A stretch of 64,000 bases of DNA, from NCBI GenBank assembly GCA_964647025.1, contig CAZYFU010000001.1:66964-130963 (forward strand), written 5' to 3'. Each line of letters starts with the position of its first letter. The stretch's first letter is position 1. The notes beneath the pieces were generated by a model. That model had not been told where the DNA came from. It searched no databases and saw only the letters and a list, made by a program, of their open reading frames with translations. The position numbers and the translations under genes are program-made. This stretch comes from an uncultured Myxococcales bacterium (GTDB taxonomy: Bacteria > Myxococcota_A > Polyangia > Fen-1088). Positions 21,155-30,996 of this stretch are shown piece by piece.

Positions 21155-21630
21155 CAACCGATCACTTGTACGAGACCGAGACGATGGCCGAGCTGTGCGC
21201 CAGGCAGGGCCGACTGGGCGAGGCCATCTCGATCTACCGCGCCCTGAGCGAGAAGGGCACGGATGCGGCCGTGAAGGCGCGCGCGCAGGCCCGGCTCGCC
21301 ACGCTGGAATCGACCTGGCAGCCCTTGCGCGAGACCGAGGTTCCCCCGGCGGACATCGCCCTGCCTGCCGAGCCCGGAGTCGCGATCCTGGTGGCCGACG
21401 AACAGGTCACGGTCGCCTGGGCACTGCCAGTAGGGACCACGCCGCTGGCGTTGGACGTTCTGGTGCTGCAAAAGAGCAGCGCAGGCATCGACGCCCAGAA
21501 GAAGCTCCTGCCGGTGGAATCTCCGTCGGGAAGGATTGGCTTGGCCGTGCCGGCCATCTATTCGGCGGCGGCTGCCGCCGGAACCGTGCGCGAGGGCCGG
21601 TTCGTGCCGTTGGCGCGGTCCACGAGCTAG
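21151..21630 (+). CDS. hypothetical protein with one TPR-like motif
   Basis: The ATG overlaps the ribF stop (ATGA). Contains AELCARQGRLGEAISIYRAL. Confidence 0.5.
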   Translation: MTTDHLYETETMAELCARQGRLGEAISIYRALSEKGTDAAVKARAQARLATLESTWQPLRETEVPPADIALPAEPGVAILVADEQVTVAWALPVGTTPLALDVLVLQKSSAGIDAQKKLLPVESPSGRIGLAVPAIYSAAAAAGTVREGRFVPLARSTS

Positions 21631-22529
21631 GAGCTCTTCATCCCGAGCACGGCCTCGCAACGCGCGGGCATCGCCGGGGCCCCTTCGCCAGGCGGAGCGC
21701 GCTTCGCGCTGGCCTTCTTCGCGTCGGGCGAAAGCCACCAGTTGAGCGAGGCATCGCAGCCATCGCCCGGGGGAAGCGGCGTCTGTGCCGTGCAGTCAGG
21801 GCTGTTCTCGGGGCAACGGAGGCGAACGTGGAGGTGGTCCTGGTGGCCCCACCACGGGCGAACCCGACCGAGCCAGGCCCCTCGCCTCGCCTTGTCCTGG
21901 CACAATGCACGTTTGACGGCAGGGTGCACGAAGATGCGATCCACCGACGGACGAGACGCCGCCAACTCCACGAGGCTGGCAGCGCGCCGATTCCAGGCCG
22001 GCAGCATCGCGTTCGTGCGCAGATCGACCACCGACGGTGGCGTCGGCGATTTGCCCGGCTCGACGGGCTTGGCTGGCGGCCCGTACCAGAGATCCACGTC
22101 GAGACCGTTTTGGTGACTGCGATGACCGGTGGGCGTCGGTCCTCCGCGCACTTGCCCCAGATCCCCGACGTAGAGCGGCCCAAGCTTCTGCTTGTGAGCC
22201 GCGGCGGCGACGTCGCGCACATACGCCACCAAGTCTGGATGTCCGAAGTTCCGCTTCCGCTCCGGACGGACCAAAACATACCGCCGGTCGTGCACGGGCA
22301 ATACCGCCGCCCCCTGCAGACACCCCGACCCCGGCAGGCCAATCGACCGCGGCGGCCCGGCACTTGGCGACGAGAGCTTGCTCCAGCGCAAGTCGAACCG
22401 GTGCTGGACGCCGGCCTCGGGCCGATCGCCCCCCGCGTCGGTTGCGCCGCCATCGGGATTGGCCGCGGCTGCGTTGGGGGCCACGAGCAAGAGCAGCAGC
22501 GCCATCGTCGGGACGTCGATCCACTTCAT
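21627..22529 (-). CDS. mepA: penicillin-insensitive murein endopeptidase (M74)
   Basis: Signal peptide, and an HRSHQNGLDVDLWY motif matching the MepA HxSHQxGLDVD zinc site. Confidence 0.8.
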   Translation of the reverse strand: MKWIDVPTMALLLLLVAPNAAAANPDGGATDAGGDRPEAGVQHRFDLRWSKLSSPSAGPPRSIGLPGSGCLQGAAVLPVHDRRYVLVRPERKRNFGHPDLVAYVRDVAAAAHKQKLGPLYVGDLGQVRGGPTPTGHRSHQNGLDVDLWYGPPAKPVEPGKSPTPPSVVDLRTNAMLPAWNRRAASLVELAASRPSVDRIFVHPAVKRALCQDKARRGAWLGRVRPWWGHQDHLHVRLRCPENSPDCTAQTPLPPGDGCDASLNWWLSPDAKKASAKRAPPGEGAPAMPARCEAVLGMKSS

Positions 22530-22659
22530 CAGGAGTACGAATCATAGCCAGAAAAGGGCCCTTCCGGACGCCCAACGTACCGCTGCCCCCACGGCGAGCC
22601 CAGACGGTGCGTCGCCACTTTGTGGTTTGCGGTCCATCGGGCCCGACTATGATGCGGGC

Positions 22660-23496
22660 ATGACCTCATCGCGCATTCCGGGGGGCGGAGACAAGTCGCC
22701 CATCTTCACCTCGCACCGAGGCCCGGCCGTGCTGTGCTTGCACGGGCTCACGGGCACGCCTTACGAGGTCGCGCCGCTCGCTGCCGCCCTGGGGGCGGCA
22801 GACTACTCGGTGTCGGCGCCGCTGCTCGCCGGCCACGGGGAGACTGTCGCCGCGCTGGCGGGTACGCGCTGGCAGGACTGGCTCGCGACAGCCGAGGCCG
22901 AGCTCGAGAGGTTGCGCCGGGCCCGAGCCGGACAGGCGGTCGCGGTTCTTGGCTTTTCGATGGGAGGCCTTCTGGCGTTGCGCCTGGCGCGCCTGCGTCC
23001 GGACGACGTGGCCGCCGTGGTGGCGCTGTCGGTGCCGCTCAGGCTGCGGCCGTGGCAGATCGCAGCGGCCAAGGCCTGGCGTCGGTTGCCGGCTTTCCTG
23101 CGCCGCGGTCCGCTGGCCACGATTCGCAAGCGCGACGGCAGCGACGTCGTCGATCCGGTTGCCCGCAGAGAAAACCCCAGCCTGCCCGAGATGCCCATCG
23201 GCAGCGTGGCTGAGATCGTCGATCTCGCCGAGATCGTCCGCCGGGACCTGCCCTTCATCAAGCAGCCGGCGTTGGTCGCCCACGGCGAACGCGACCACAC
23301 TGTCGATCCGAAGGTCAGCTACGAGTTGGCCGGCAGCCTCGCTGGCGCCGTGGTCGAGCAGTTGCGGCTGCCCCGCTCTGCCCACCTGATCGGCGTCGAT
23401 GTCGAGCGCGCCGAGCTTGCCAACGCTGTGGTCCATTTCTTGAACAAGCACCATCAGAACGAGGCCAACGCCTCGCCGGAGAGCCAGCCCGCATGA
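22660..23496 (+). CDS. alpha/beta hydrolase (carboxylesterase/lysophospholipase-like)
   Basis: Internal ATG of track ORF 22378. HG oxyanion motif (LCLHGLTG) and nucleophile elbow GFSMGG. Confidence 0.8.
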   Translation: MTSSRIPGGGDKSPIFTSHRGPAVLCLHGLTGTPYEVAPLAAALGAADYSVSAPLLAGHGETVAALAGTRWQDWLATAEAELERLRRARAGQAVAVLGFSMGGLLALRLARLRPDDVAAVVALSVPLRLRPWQIAAAKAWRRLPAFLRRGPLATIRKRDGSDVVDPVARRENPSLPEMPIGSVAEIVDLAEIVRRDLPFIKQPALVAHGERDHTVDPKVSYELAGSLAGAVVEQLRLPRSAHLIGVDVERAELANAVVHFLNKHHQNEANASPESQPA

Positions 23497-24956
23497 GCAA
23501 AGCGCTGCTGCTAGCCATCGACCAAGGAACCACCGGAACCACCGTCCTGCTCGTCGACCAGACATTGCAGATCCAAGGCAAGGGGTACTGCGAGATACCG
23601 CAAAGCTACCCCGCGCCTGGTATCGTCGAGCACGACCCCGAAGCGATCTGGGGATCGGTGCTGACGGCCTTCCGCATGGCCCGTTCCCAGGCACCCGATG
23701 GAGACATCGTGGGCCTCGGGCTCACCAACCAGCGAGAGACCGTGGTGGTCTGGGAACGCGCCACGGGGCAGGCCGTCGCCCCGGCCATCGTCTGGCAGGA
23801 TCGTCGGACCGCGGATCGGTGCGAAGCCTTGCGTCGGGCGGGACACGAGCCGTTGTTCCAGCGGCAGACCGGGCTGGTGCTGGATCCCTACTTCTCCGGC
23901 ACCAAGATCGCCTGGCTCTTCGACAACCATCCGGGGCTGCGTGCCAAGGCGGACGGGCTGGCCTTCGGCACCGTCGACAGCTACCTGGTCTGGCGGCTCA
24001 CCGGCGGCAAGGCCCACATCACCGACGTTTCGAACGCCTCGCGCACGCTGCTCTTCGACATCGAGCGCCTGGCTTGGAGTGGCGAGCTGTGCGAGCTATT
24101 GGGGGTCCCCACCCGCATTCTCCCCCGGGTGGTCGCGAGCTCGGGAATGCTGGCCACCACCGCGGGTATCGAGGGCATCCCCGACGGGACGCCCATCAGC
24201 GGCATCGCCGGCGACCAGCAAGCGGCGCTCTACGGACAGGGCTGCTTCGGCAAGGGCGACAGCAAGTGTACCTACGGCACCGGATCGTTCCTCCTCATGA
24301 ACGTGGGCGATAGGCCGGTCCGCTCGAAGCACCGCTTGGTGGGGACCGTGGCCTGGCAGACCGCCCGCGGGATCCAGTACGCGCTCGAAGGCAGCGCCTT
24401 CGTCTGCGGGGCGCTCGTGCAGTGGCTGCGCGACGGGCTCGGTATCATCAAGACCTCCGCCGAGATCGAGTCCCTCGCGAGCTCGGTGCCTGACTCGGGT
24501 GGGGTGACCATCGTCCCTGCGCTGGTGGGTCTCGGCGCGCCTCACTGGCGTCCCGACGCGCGCGGCATCGTCTGCGGAATCACCGGCGGAACCCGCGCCG
24601 GACACATCGCCCGCGCAGCGCTCGAGGCCATGGCACTGCAAAACGTCGACTTGGTGCAAGCCATGGAGCTCGACGCCGGCCACCCCATCACCACCGTGCG
24701 CGTGGACGGGGGTGCCTCTGCGAACGACCTGCTCATGCAGATTCAAGCCGACCTCCTCGGTGCGGACATCGTGCGCCCCGCGGTGGTCGAATCCACGGCT
24801 TTGGGTGCCGCGCTTTTGGCGGCCCACGGCCTAGGGGGGTACACTGATGTGTCGGCCCCATCCTCTTTCCCGGCCGTGACCTTCCATCCCAAGCTCGACC
24901 CCGCTGCGCGCGACCGAACCATGGCGCGCTGGCGAGAAGCCCTCGCAAAATCTTGA
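23493..24956 (+). CDS. glpK: glycerol kinase
   Basis: FGGY N-terminus (LAIDQGTTGT) and GlpK signature (KCTYGTGSFLLMNVG). The start overlaps the upstream stop (ATGA). Confidence 0.9.
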   Translation: MSKALLLAIDQGTTGTTVLLVDQTLQIQGKGYCEIPQSYPAPGIVEHDPEAIWGSVLTAFRMARSQAPDGDIVGLGLTNQRETVVVWERATGQAVAPAIVWQDRRTADRCEALRRAGHEPLFQRQTGLVLDPYFSGTKIAWLFDNHPGLRAKADGLAFGTVDSYLVWRLTGGKAHITDVSNASRTLLFDIERLAWSGELCELLGVPTRILPRVVASSGMLATTAGIEGIPDGTPISGIAGDQQAALYGQGCFGKGDSKCTYGTGSFLLMNVGDRPVRSKHRLVGTVAWQTARGIQYALEGSAFVCGALVQWLRDGLGIIKTSAEIESLASSVPDSGGVTIVPALVGLGAPHWRPDARGIVCGITGGTRAGHIARAALEAMALQNVDLVQAMELDAGHPITTVRVDGGASANDLLMQIQADLLGADIVRPAVVESTALGAALLAAHGLGGYTDVSAPSSFPAVTFHPKLDPAARDRTMARWREALAKS

Positions 24957-24957
24957 C

Positions 24958-25779
24958 GTGACTGCCTCGACAAAAACCCTGCCCGATGGATCTCATCAGC
25001 TCGGCACGGCAGAGCTGCACCTCGAGGCCGCGGCGGCCACCGACGCCGGGCAAGTCCGCGAGAGCAACGAAGACGTCTACGGCATTTACCTCGACCAGCG
25101 TCTCTTCGCGGTGGCGGATGGAATGGGAGGCAAATCGGCCGGGGAGATCGCCGCGCGGATCGGCATCGATACGCTCGAGGCCTTCTGTCGCGACAATCGC
25201 TACACCACGCCGACGAGCTGGCCCTACCCTGCCGATCCCAAGGTGTCGCGCTCGGTGAACCTGCTGCGCGTCGGCCTCAAGGTCGCCAACCGCCAGGTCA
25301 TCGACGAGTCTCGCAAGGATCCGTCATGGTACCGGATGGCCGCGACCGTCGCGGCGCTCACCTTCGACGAGGACCAGCTCATCGCCGGGCACGCTGGCGA
25401 CGTCCGCATCTACCGCTTCCGCCGCGGCGCCGTGGCCCGGTTGACCAGGGACCACTCCGTCGCCGAAGAGATGCGCGCGGCGCAACCGAACCTCACCGCC
25501 GAGCAGCTTCGCGCGCTCATCAATCGCAACGTGATCACCAAGGCGTTGGGCACCCGTCCGGAGCTCGAGCCGACCGTCTACTTGAACTCCTACCTCGACG
25601 GCGACACATATCTCATCTGCTCGGACGGGCTTTGGAATTGCGTCCCGGACGACGCCATCAGCGCCATCGTGAGCGGAGAGCCGGACCTGGAAGCAGCGTG
25701 CCACTCCTTGATCGACGCGGCAAACCGGTCCGGCGCGCCGGACAACGTCACAGCTCTGCTGGTTCGGGTGCGTCGGTGA
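24958..25779 (+). CDS. PP2C-family Ser/Thr phosphatase
   Basis: PPM motifs (RESNEDVY, ADGMGG, LICSDGLW, DNVTALLV). Confidence 0.85.
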   Translation: MTASTKTLPDGSHQLGTAELHLEAAAATDAGQVRESNEDVYGIYLDQRLFAVADGMGGKSAGEIAARIGIDTLEAFCRDNRYTTPTSWPYPADPKVSRSVNLLRVGLKVANRQVIDESRKDPSWYRMAATVAALTFDEDQLIAGHAGDVRIYRFRRGAVARLTRDHSVAEEMRAAQPNLTAEQLRALINRNVITKALGTRPELEPTVYLNSYLDGDTYLICSDGLWNCVPDDAISAIVSGEPDLEAACHSLIDAANRSGAPDNVTALLVRVRR

Positions 25780-26912
25780 AGAGCCGTCTCGCCGGTAAGA
25801 AGACCCTGGTCTGCGTGGGGCCGGGCGGCGTGGGCAAGACCACGACCGCGGCCTCGCTCGGCGTGCTCAGCGCACGGTCCGGACGCAAGACGCTGGTCTG
25901 CACCATCGACCCTGCTCCTCGCTTGGCGGATGCGCTGGGCTTGCCCAACCTGGGGCCCACGCCAACACCCATCGCGGCGGAGACCGCATCATCGCTCGGG
26001 ATCGCGTCGCAGGAGCTCCTCTACGCCATGCGTGTGGATGCGACCGCGGCCTTCGCGACGCTGGTGAACGAACAAGTCCCCGATCCCGAGCTTCGCAACC
26101 ACATCTTCTCGAACTCGCTCTACCGGCACGTGACCACCAACCTGACGGGGTCGCACGAGTACGCGGCGACCCTGGCGCTCTACGAGCTTCGGCGCGACGG
26201 CAAGTACGACATCATCGTGCTCGACACCCCGCCGACCGCGAACGCCTTGGAGTTCCTGGAGACCCCCAAGCGCTTGGCCGAAGCCATCGCCAGCCCGGCG
26301 GTGCAGTGGTTCGCTCGCCCCGACCCGAAGACCAGCCGGTTCTCGCTCAAACGGCTGGGCATGGGCGGGGCCAGCATCATCCGTCGCGCCGGCAAGCTGA
26401 TGGGCAGCCAGTTCCTCGACGACCTCGGGGCTTTCCTCCTCGACATCAATCAGGTGCTGGGCGGATTCCTGGTTCGTGCTCGAGAGATCGAAGCGGTGCT
26501 CAAGCAGCCTGACGTGGGGTTCGTCCTGGTGATGACGCCCGAGACGGCAGCCGTCAACGAGGCGCTGTACTTCGCCAAGCGCTTGCGCGAGACGGGTTCT
26601 CCGCTGTGCTGCTACATCGCCAACCGCACGTTGGCCGATCCCGGCCCGGTCAGCGTGGATGCCATCCGCGAGGGGCTGTCATCGCTGCCCGATATGAAGG
26701 AAAGCACACCGTCCGAGCTGGCGACGGCGGCGGCGAAGGTCGCGCATCTGGCGGAGTACTTGGACCGAATCGCCTGCGCGCAGAGGCGCGAGCTCGATCG
26801 GCTGGCCAACGAGTCGCCCGGCGTGGAGATCACCACCGTACCGCTGCTGCCGCACGATGTGTCCAGCATCGACTCCCTGCGAGCCATCGCCGATCGACTG
26901 GAAACGGCCTGA
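25776..26912 (+). CDS. ArsA/GET3-like P-loop ATPase (single P-loop)
   Basis: The GTG start overlaps the PP2C stop (GTGA). GPGGVGKTTT P-loop, DPA motif and ILDTPPT. Confidence 0.75.
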   Translation: MKSRLAGKKTLVCVGPGGVGKTTTAASLGVLSARSGRKTLVCTIDPAPRLADALGLPNLGPTPTPIAAETASSLGIASQELLYAMRVDATAAFATLVNEQVPDPELRNHIFSNSLYRHVTTNLTGSHEYAATLALYELRRDGKYDIIVLDTPPTANALEFLETPKRLAEAIASPAVQWFARPDPKTSRFSLKRLGMGGASIIRRAGKLMGSQFLDDLGAFLLDINQVLGGFLVRAREIEAVLKQPDVGFVLVMTPETAAVNEALYFAKRLRETGSPLCCYIANRTLADPGPVSVDAIREGLSSLPDMKESTPSELATAAAKVAHLAEYLDRIACAQRRELDRLANESPGVEITTVPLLPHDVSSIDSLRAIADRLETA

Positions 26913-26914
26913 GC

Positions 26915-27523
26915 ATGGTCAGGCTGTTCGTGGCGGTGGACCTGCCAGCCGATCTGCGGAACGAGGTCGCGGGCCGGATGAACCGCGTGCAGGGAGCCCG
27001 ATGGGCGAACACGGAACAACTCCACATCACGCTGCGCTTCTTGGGTGACACGGCCGAGGACGACTTGCCGAGCCTGCGCGCGCGTTTGGCCCAGGTCCGA
27101 CAACAGGCCTTCCGGCTGAGGCTGCGCGGCGCTGGCGTCTTTCCCGAGGCGGGTGAAGCCGGGCGGAAGAAGGCGCCGCGCGTGCTCTGGCTTGGAATCG
27201 AGCCCACGCAAGACCTCGGCCGGCTCAAGCATTCGATCGATGCCGCACTGTCCGCCCATGCTCCGGCAGGGCCGCAAGGCTTCTCGCCCCACCTGACCGT
27301 CGCGCGCTTCTCCGCACGTCCCGACCACACCTTGTCGGACTTTCTATCCAAGCATGGGGGGGACACCAGCGCCTACTGGTGGGTAAAGGACTTCCACCTG
27401 TACCAGAGCACGCTACGTCGCGAAGGCGCCTTGCACACGCGCGTGGCAAGCTATCTGCTCGACGGGCCCGAGGTCGGAGAACAAAACCCGGGCCGACTGG
27501 TTCAAGAGCACGGACTTCCATGA
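26915..27523 (+). CDS. thpR: RNA 2',3'-cyclic phosphodiesterase (2H family)
   Basis: Two HxT/S motifs (LHITLRFLG and PHLTVARF). Confidence 0.8.
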   Translation: MVRLFVAVDLPADLRNEVAGRMNRVQGARWANTEQLHITLRFLGDTAEDDLPSLRARLAQVRQQAFRLRLRGAGVFPEAGEAGRKKAPRVLWLGIEPTQDLGRLKHSIDAALSAHAPAGPQGFSPHLTVARFSARPDHTLSDFLSKHGGDTSAYWWVKDFHLYQSTLRREGALHTRVASYLLDGPEVGEQNPGRLVQEHGLP

Positions 27524-28512
27524 CTGCCTCTCGCTCAGCCGCATCTGCAGTGGTCATCAATGGACCGTTGCCGGCGACTGCGGTGCCGCTCGTCGCGGCG
27601 AGCCAGAGCGCGGACCTGGATGTTGGCATCTACCACGCCATCTTCGACCACCTCGACGACGGCGTGTATTTCGTCGACCGCAAGAAACGGGTTCTTCTGT
27701 GGAACCGCGGCGCCGAAGCGATCACGGGTTTCTCGCGCGCGGAGATCCTCGGCGAGTCGTGTGCCAACCAACTGCTGTGCCACGTGGACGAGAGCGGCCG
27801 ACTGCTGTGCATGACCGGCTGTCCCCTGCAAATCGCCACGGATGCCGGCGTGCCCATCGAGGCGGACGCGTTCCTGCAACATAGGCTCGGACACCGCATC
27901 CCGGTGCGAATCAAGGCCAGCCCCGTGAGGAACGCTCACAACCAGCTCATCGGTGCGGTCGAAATCTTCAAGCCGACCTCGGCGGCACGACGTCAGGACC
28001 TCCTGATCGAAGAGCTGTCCCAGCTGGCGATGATCGACGACCTGACCCGCCTGCCGAACCGAAGGCACTTCGACATGCAGCTCGAACGCAGGTTGGCCGA
28101 GCTCAACCGGTTCGGTTGGCCATTCGGAACCTTGATGATCGACCTCGACGACTTCAAGCAGGTCAACGACCGGCTCGGGCATCAAGCCGGGGACGCCGTC
28201 CTGCAGATGGTGGCTCGTACGCTGTCGGCCAACAGCCGCTCCCTGGACACCGTCGCACGCTGGGGCGGCGAAGAGTTCGCTGCCATCATCGCCAACGTCC
28301 ACGCCGAGGAGCTGCACAAGGTGGCGGAGAAGTTCCGCGCCATGATCGACGCCGGTAGCGTCCGCGACGGAGACGACGGGCCCCTGCGCATCACCGTGTC
28401 CATAGGATGCGCCGTGGCCCGGCCGGACGAAAGCGCGACCGAGCTCTTGAAGCGCACCGACGAAATGCTGTACGTCGCGAAACGATCCGGACGCAATCGG
28501 GTTTGCCTGTGA
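27520..28512 (+). CDS. PAS-GGDEF diguanylate cyclase
   Basis: The ATG overlaps the thpR stop (ATGA). PAS-like N-terminal half, GGEEF active site (RWGGEEF) and an RxxD I-site (RSLD) five residues upstream. Confidence 0.85.
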   Translation: MTASRSAASAVVINGPLPATAVPLVAASQSADLDVGIYHAIFDHLDDGVYFVDRKKRVLLWNRGAEAITGFSRAEILGESCANQLLCHVDESGRLLCMTGCPLQIATDAGVPIEADAFLQHRLGHRIPVRIKASPVRNAHNQLIGAVEIFKPTSAARRQDLLIEELSQLAMIDDLTRLPNRRHFDMQLERRLAELNRFGWPFGTLMIDLDDFKQVNDRLGHQAGDAVLQMVARTLSANSRSLDTVARWGGEEFAAIIANVHAEELHKVAEKFRAMIDAGSVRDGDDGPLRITVSIGCAVARPDESATELLKRTDEMLYVAKRSGRNRVCL

Positions 28513-28554
28513 GCGAGACGTCACCATGCGCCTCGATCGCGCATCTGGGCGACG

Positions 28555-29796
28555 GTGCAAGGTTGTGGTAGGGGTAGTGCCTCGATGACACCAGCGAGGG
28601 AATCTGGAAGTGTCTCGCCGACCGGCACGAAGCGCTGGCCGTGGATGCTTGCGCTGGTGCTCTGTCTTGGCGGTCTGTGGCTGTCGGTCGTGCTCGAGCA
28701 GATCCACATCGGAATCCACACGCAGCCCGACTTTCACAGCTTCTGCGCCATCGATCGGACGGTGAACTGCGACATCGTCGCCAAGAGCCCCTATGCCGTG
28801 CTGTTCGGGGTTCCGCTGGCGACCTGGGGCATCTTCGGTTACGCCATCGCGGCCGTGCTGTCCCTGTGGGGGGCCATCAAACGGTCACGGCTGGCCGCGG
28901 GCTGTGGGCTGTACCTTGGTATCGCCTTCGTGGCTTCCAGCGCCGTACTCGGCGCCATCTCGGCTTTTCTGATCACCGCGGTCTGCATCCTGTGCATCGC
29001 CACCTACGGCGTGAACATCTTGTTCCTCGCCAGCATGCTGTTGGCGGCGCGCGGGCCAGGCATCCGCGACGCGCTCGCCGAGCCTTGGAAGGTGCTGCGC
29101 GAACGCACCGGCCGCGCCTTGCTGGTGCTCTTCGTTCTGGGGGCAGCCGCCGGGGCACTAATCTTCGCGCACCCGTCGTACTGGAACCGCACCGACCCCA
29201 ACCCTCGCACCAAGCCCGTCACGCCCACCCTGCCCCATGGCATCGAGCCCGGCGGCGGCCACTACCTGGGCGCGGCCAAACCCGCCGTGACCATCATCGA
29301 GTTCAGCGACTACGAGTGCCCGTTCTGTCGCCAGTCGCACACACAGTTGCGCGCCCTGCTCGAACGCTACCCCAACCAGCTGCGCGTCGTGCACCGGCAC
29401 TACCCGCTGGACCATGCCTGCAACACGACCCTCGCCGGGCCAATGCACAGGAACGCCTGCTTCGCCGCCGCCATCGCCGAGTGTGCCGGCCTGCAGAACC
29501 GCTTCTGGGAAGCCAACGACTACCTGTTCGCCGAGGCCCGCATGCTGCACGCGCGATCCAACGCCGAGATCGCCCGGGACCTGAGCCTCGACCTGGCTGC
29601 CCTGGAGGCGTGCCTGCAAGATCGCGGTCCACGCACCGTGGCCCTCGACCTCGACGAAGGCAATCGCCTGGGCATCCAAGGCACCCCCACCTTCGTCGTC
29701 GAGGGCAAGACCTACATGGGCAACCTGCCGCCCTGGGTGAAGACCCGCCTGGAGAACGCCGCCGCCGGTGTCGACAGCGGCGCCAACGCGCCCTAG
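28555..29796 (+). CDS. VKOR-DsbA/thioredoxin fusion oxidoreductase
   Basis: VKOR-like Cys pairs (CAIDRTVNC and CILC) in a 5-TM domain, followed by a periplasmic DsbA-like domain with CPFC. The start (GTG 28555 or ATG 28585) is uncertain. Confidence 0.8.
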   Translation: MQGCGRGSASMTPARESGSVSPTGTKRWPWMLALVLCLGGLWLSVVLEQIHIGIHTQPDFHSFCAIDRTVNCDIVAKSPYAVLFGVPLATWGIFGYAIAAVLSLWGAIKRSRLAAGCGLYLGIAFVASSAVLGAISAFLITAVCILCIATYGVNILFLASMLLAARGPGIRDALAEPWKVLRERTGRALLVLFVLGAAAGALIFAHPSYWNRTDPNPRTKPVTPTLPHGIEPGGGHYLGAAKPAVTIIEFSDYECPFCRQSHTQLRALLERYPNQLRVVHRHYPLDHACNTTLAGPMHRNACFAAAIAECAGLQNRFWEANDYLFAEARMLHARSNAEIARDLSLDLAALEACLQDRGPRTVALDLDEGNRLGIQGTPTFVVEGKTYMGNLPPWVKTRLENAAAGVDSGANAP

Positions 29797-29813
29797 GGCG
29801 TCGGCGTGCCGTC

Positions 29814-30308
29814 TTGAGCGAGCCCGAACCCCGCACGGAAGCGCAGCTCGTCGGTGAGAAGCCATCCGGTCGGCTCACGCGCCTCGGCGCAGCCCGCTTC
29901 GCGAGCAGCCGTCGGGCGGGCTTGGCCCTGGCTGGGGCGTTCGTCTCCTTCCACCTGATCGCGTGGCTCATCCACGAGCTGGCCAGCCCGGGCCACCGGC
30001 ATCCAGCGACCTTCGTCGCGCACCTTCGCCATCTGCCCGACGAGCTCGTGCTGCAGCTCCTGTTCATGCCGACCGCGATGCACTTCGCGATTCCGGCGCT
30101 GTTTCACCCCGGCAGCCTGTTCACCTGGAGCCCCGGTTATCTCGCCCCACGCGTGTTCGCCGTGGCCTACTGGTTTACCCTGCTCGCCGCCAGCACCGCG
30201 CTCGTGCGAGGTCGCCGCAAGGCATGGCTGCTGCTCATCGGAGCCTTGCTCTTGGCCACCGCGCCGCGGTTCGGCGAGCTGATCATGGTGGCGCTGTCGG
30301 AGAACTGA
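29814..30308 (+). CDS. hypothetical membrane protein
   Basis: Only the C-terminal third of the 555-aa track ORF looks real, with 4 hydrophobic segments. TTG start assumed. Confidence 0.4.
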   Translation: MSEPEPRTEAQLVGEKPSGRLTRLGAARFASSRRAGLALAGAFVSFHLIAWLIHELASPGHRHPATFVAHLRHLPDELVLQLLFMPTAMHFAIPALFHPGSLFTWSPGYLAPRVFAVAYWFTLLAASTALVRGRRKAWLLLIGALLLATAPRFGELIMVALSEN

Positions 30309-30344
30309 ACGCGACGAGCGGGCCATGCCGACAGGACGGACACG

Positions 30345-30872
30345 ATGAAGAAGACGAAGAGCGCAACCATCGCGGCAGGGGCCCTCTTGGGAACATGCGT
30401 GCTGATGGCGGCCATGGGAGCGCGCAGCCTAGCGCTCGCCTCCCCGGGGACGTGCCAGGCGGCGGACTCGCGTGTCGTCGTCGACCTGAAGAAGCGCGCG
30501 CTCGTACTCTGCGAGAAGGGCAACGCCGTCGGAACCTTCGACGTTTTCCTGGGCCGCGGGGGAATCGGCAAGACCCGAACGGGAGACGGAAAGACGCCGG
30601 TCGGCACCTACGCGCTTGGAAAGCCTCGGCCGTCGAACAAGTTCGGGACCTTCATTCCCATCGGATACCCAACCGAGGAACAAAGGCGCAAGGGATACTC
30701 GGGGAGCGCCGTGGGTGTGCATGGCCCGCCGAGGTGGGCCAAGTGGCTCGGCGCTCTGGTGACCAGGTTCGACTTGTCCGAAGGCTGCGTCGGTGTCGCC
30801 CGCGATTCTGAAATCCAGCAGATCGCGAGCTGGGTCACGGCGGCGTCTGTGCGGACCATCGAGCTGCGATGA
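30345..30872 (+). CDS. L,D-transpeptidase (YkuD domain)
   Basis: Signal peptide, and a YkuD catalytic motif (VHGPP...SEGCVGV). Confidence 0.8.
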   Translation: MKKTKSATIAAGALLGTCVLMAAMGARSLALASPGTCQAADSRVVVDLKKRALVLCEKGNAVGTFDVFLGRGGIGKTRTGDGKTPVGTYALGKPRPSNKFGTFIPIGYPTEEQRRKGYSGSAVGVHGPPRWAKWLGALVTRFDLSEGCVGVARDSEIQQIASWVTAASVRTIELR

Positions 30873-30996
30873 AGGTGCTGGTGCCGCGAAGCCGCCGAGG
30901 CGTGATGCCCGCAGAGCGACATCCCGGCAAACGAGCCCTGCCCGGATTCTGTCGCAGAAAATTCGCGCTCGCAGGCTATGATGCGGCTCGACGGAC

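Noticed and set aside
19111-22547. Two very long plus-strand ORFs (614 aa at 19111-20955 and 649 aa at 20598-22547)
   Set aside because: Their composition is Arg/Pro/Ala/Ser-rich. They overlap the membrane protein, ribF and mepA genes in other frames or on the other strand. ribF and mepA have diagnostic motifs; these ORFs have none.
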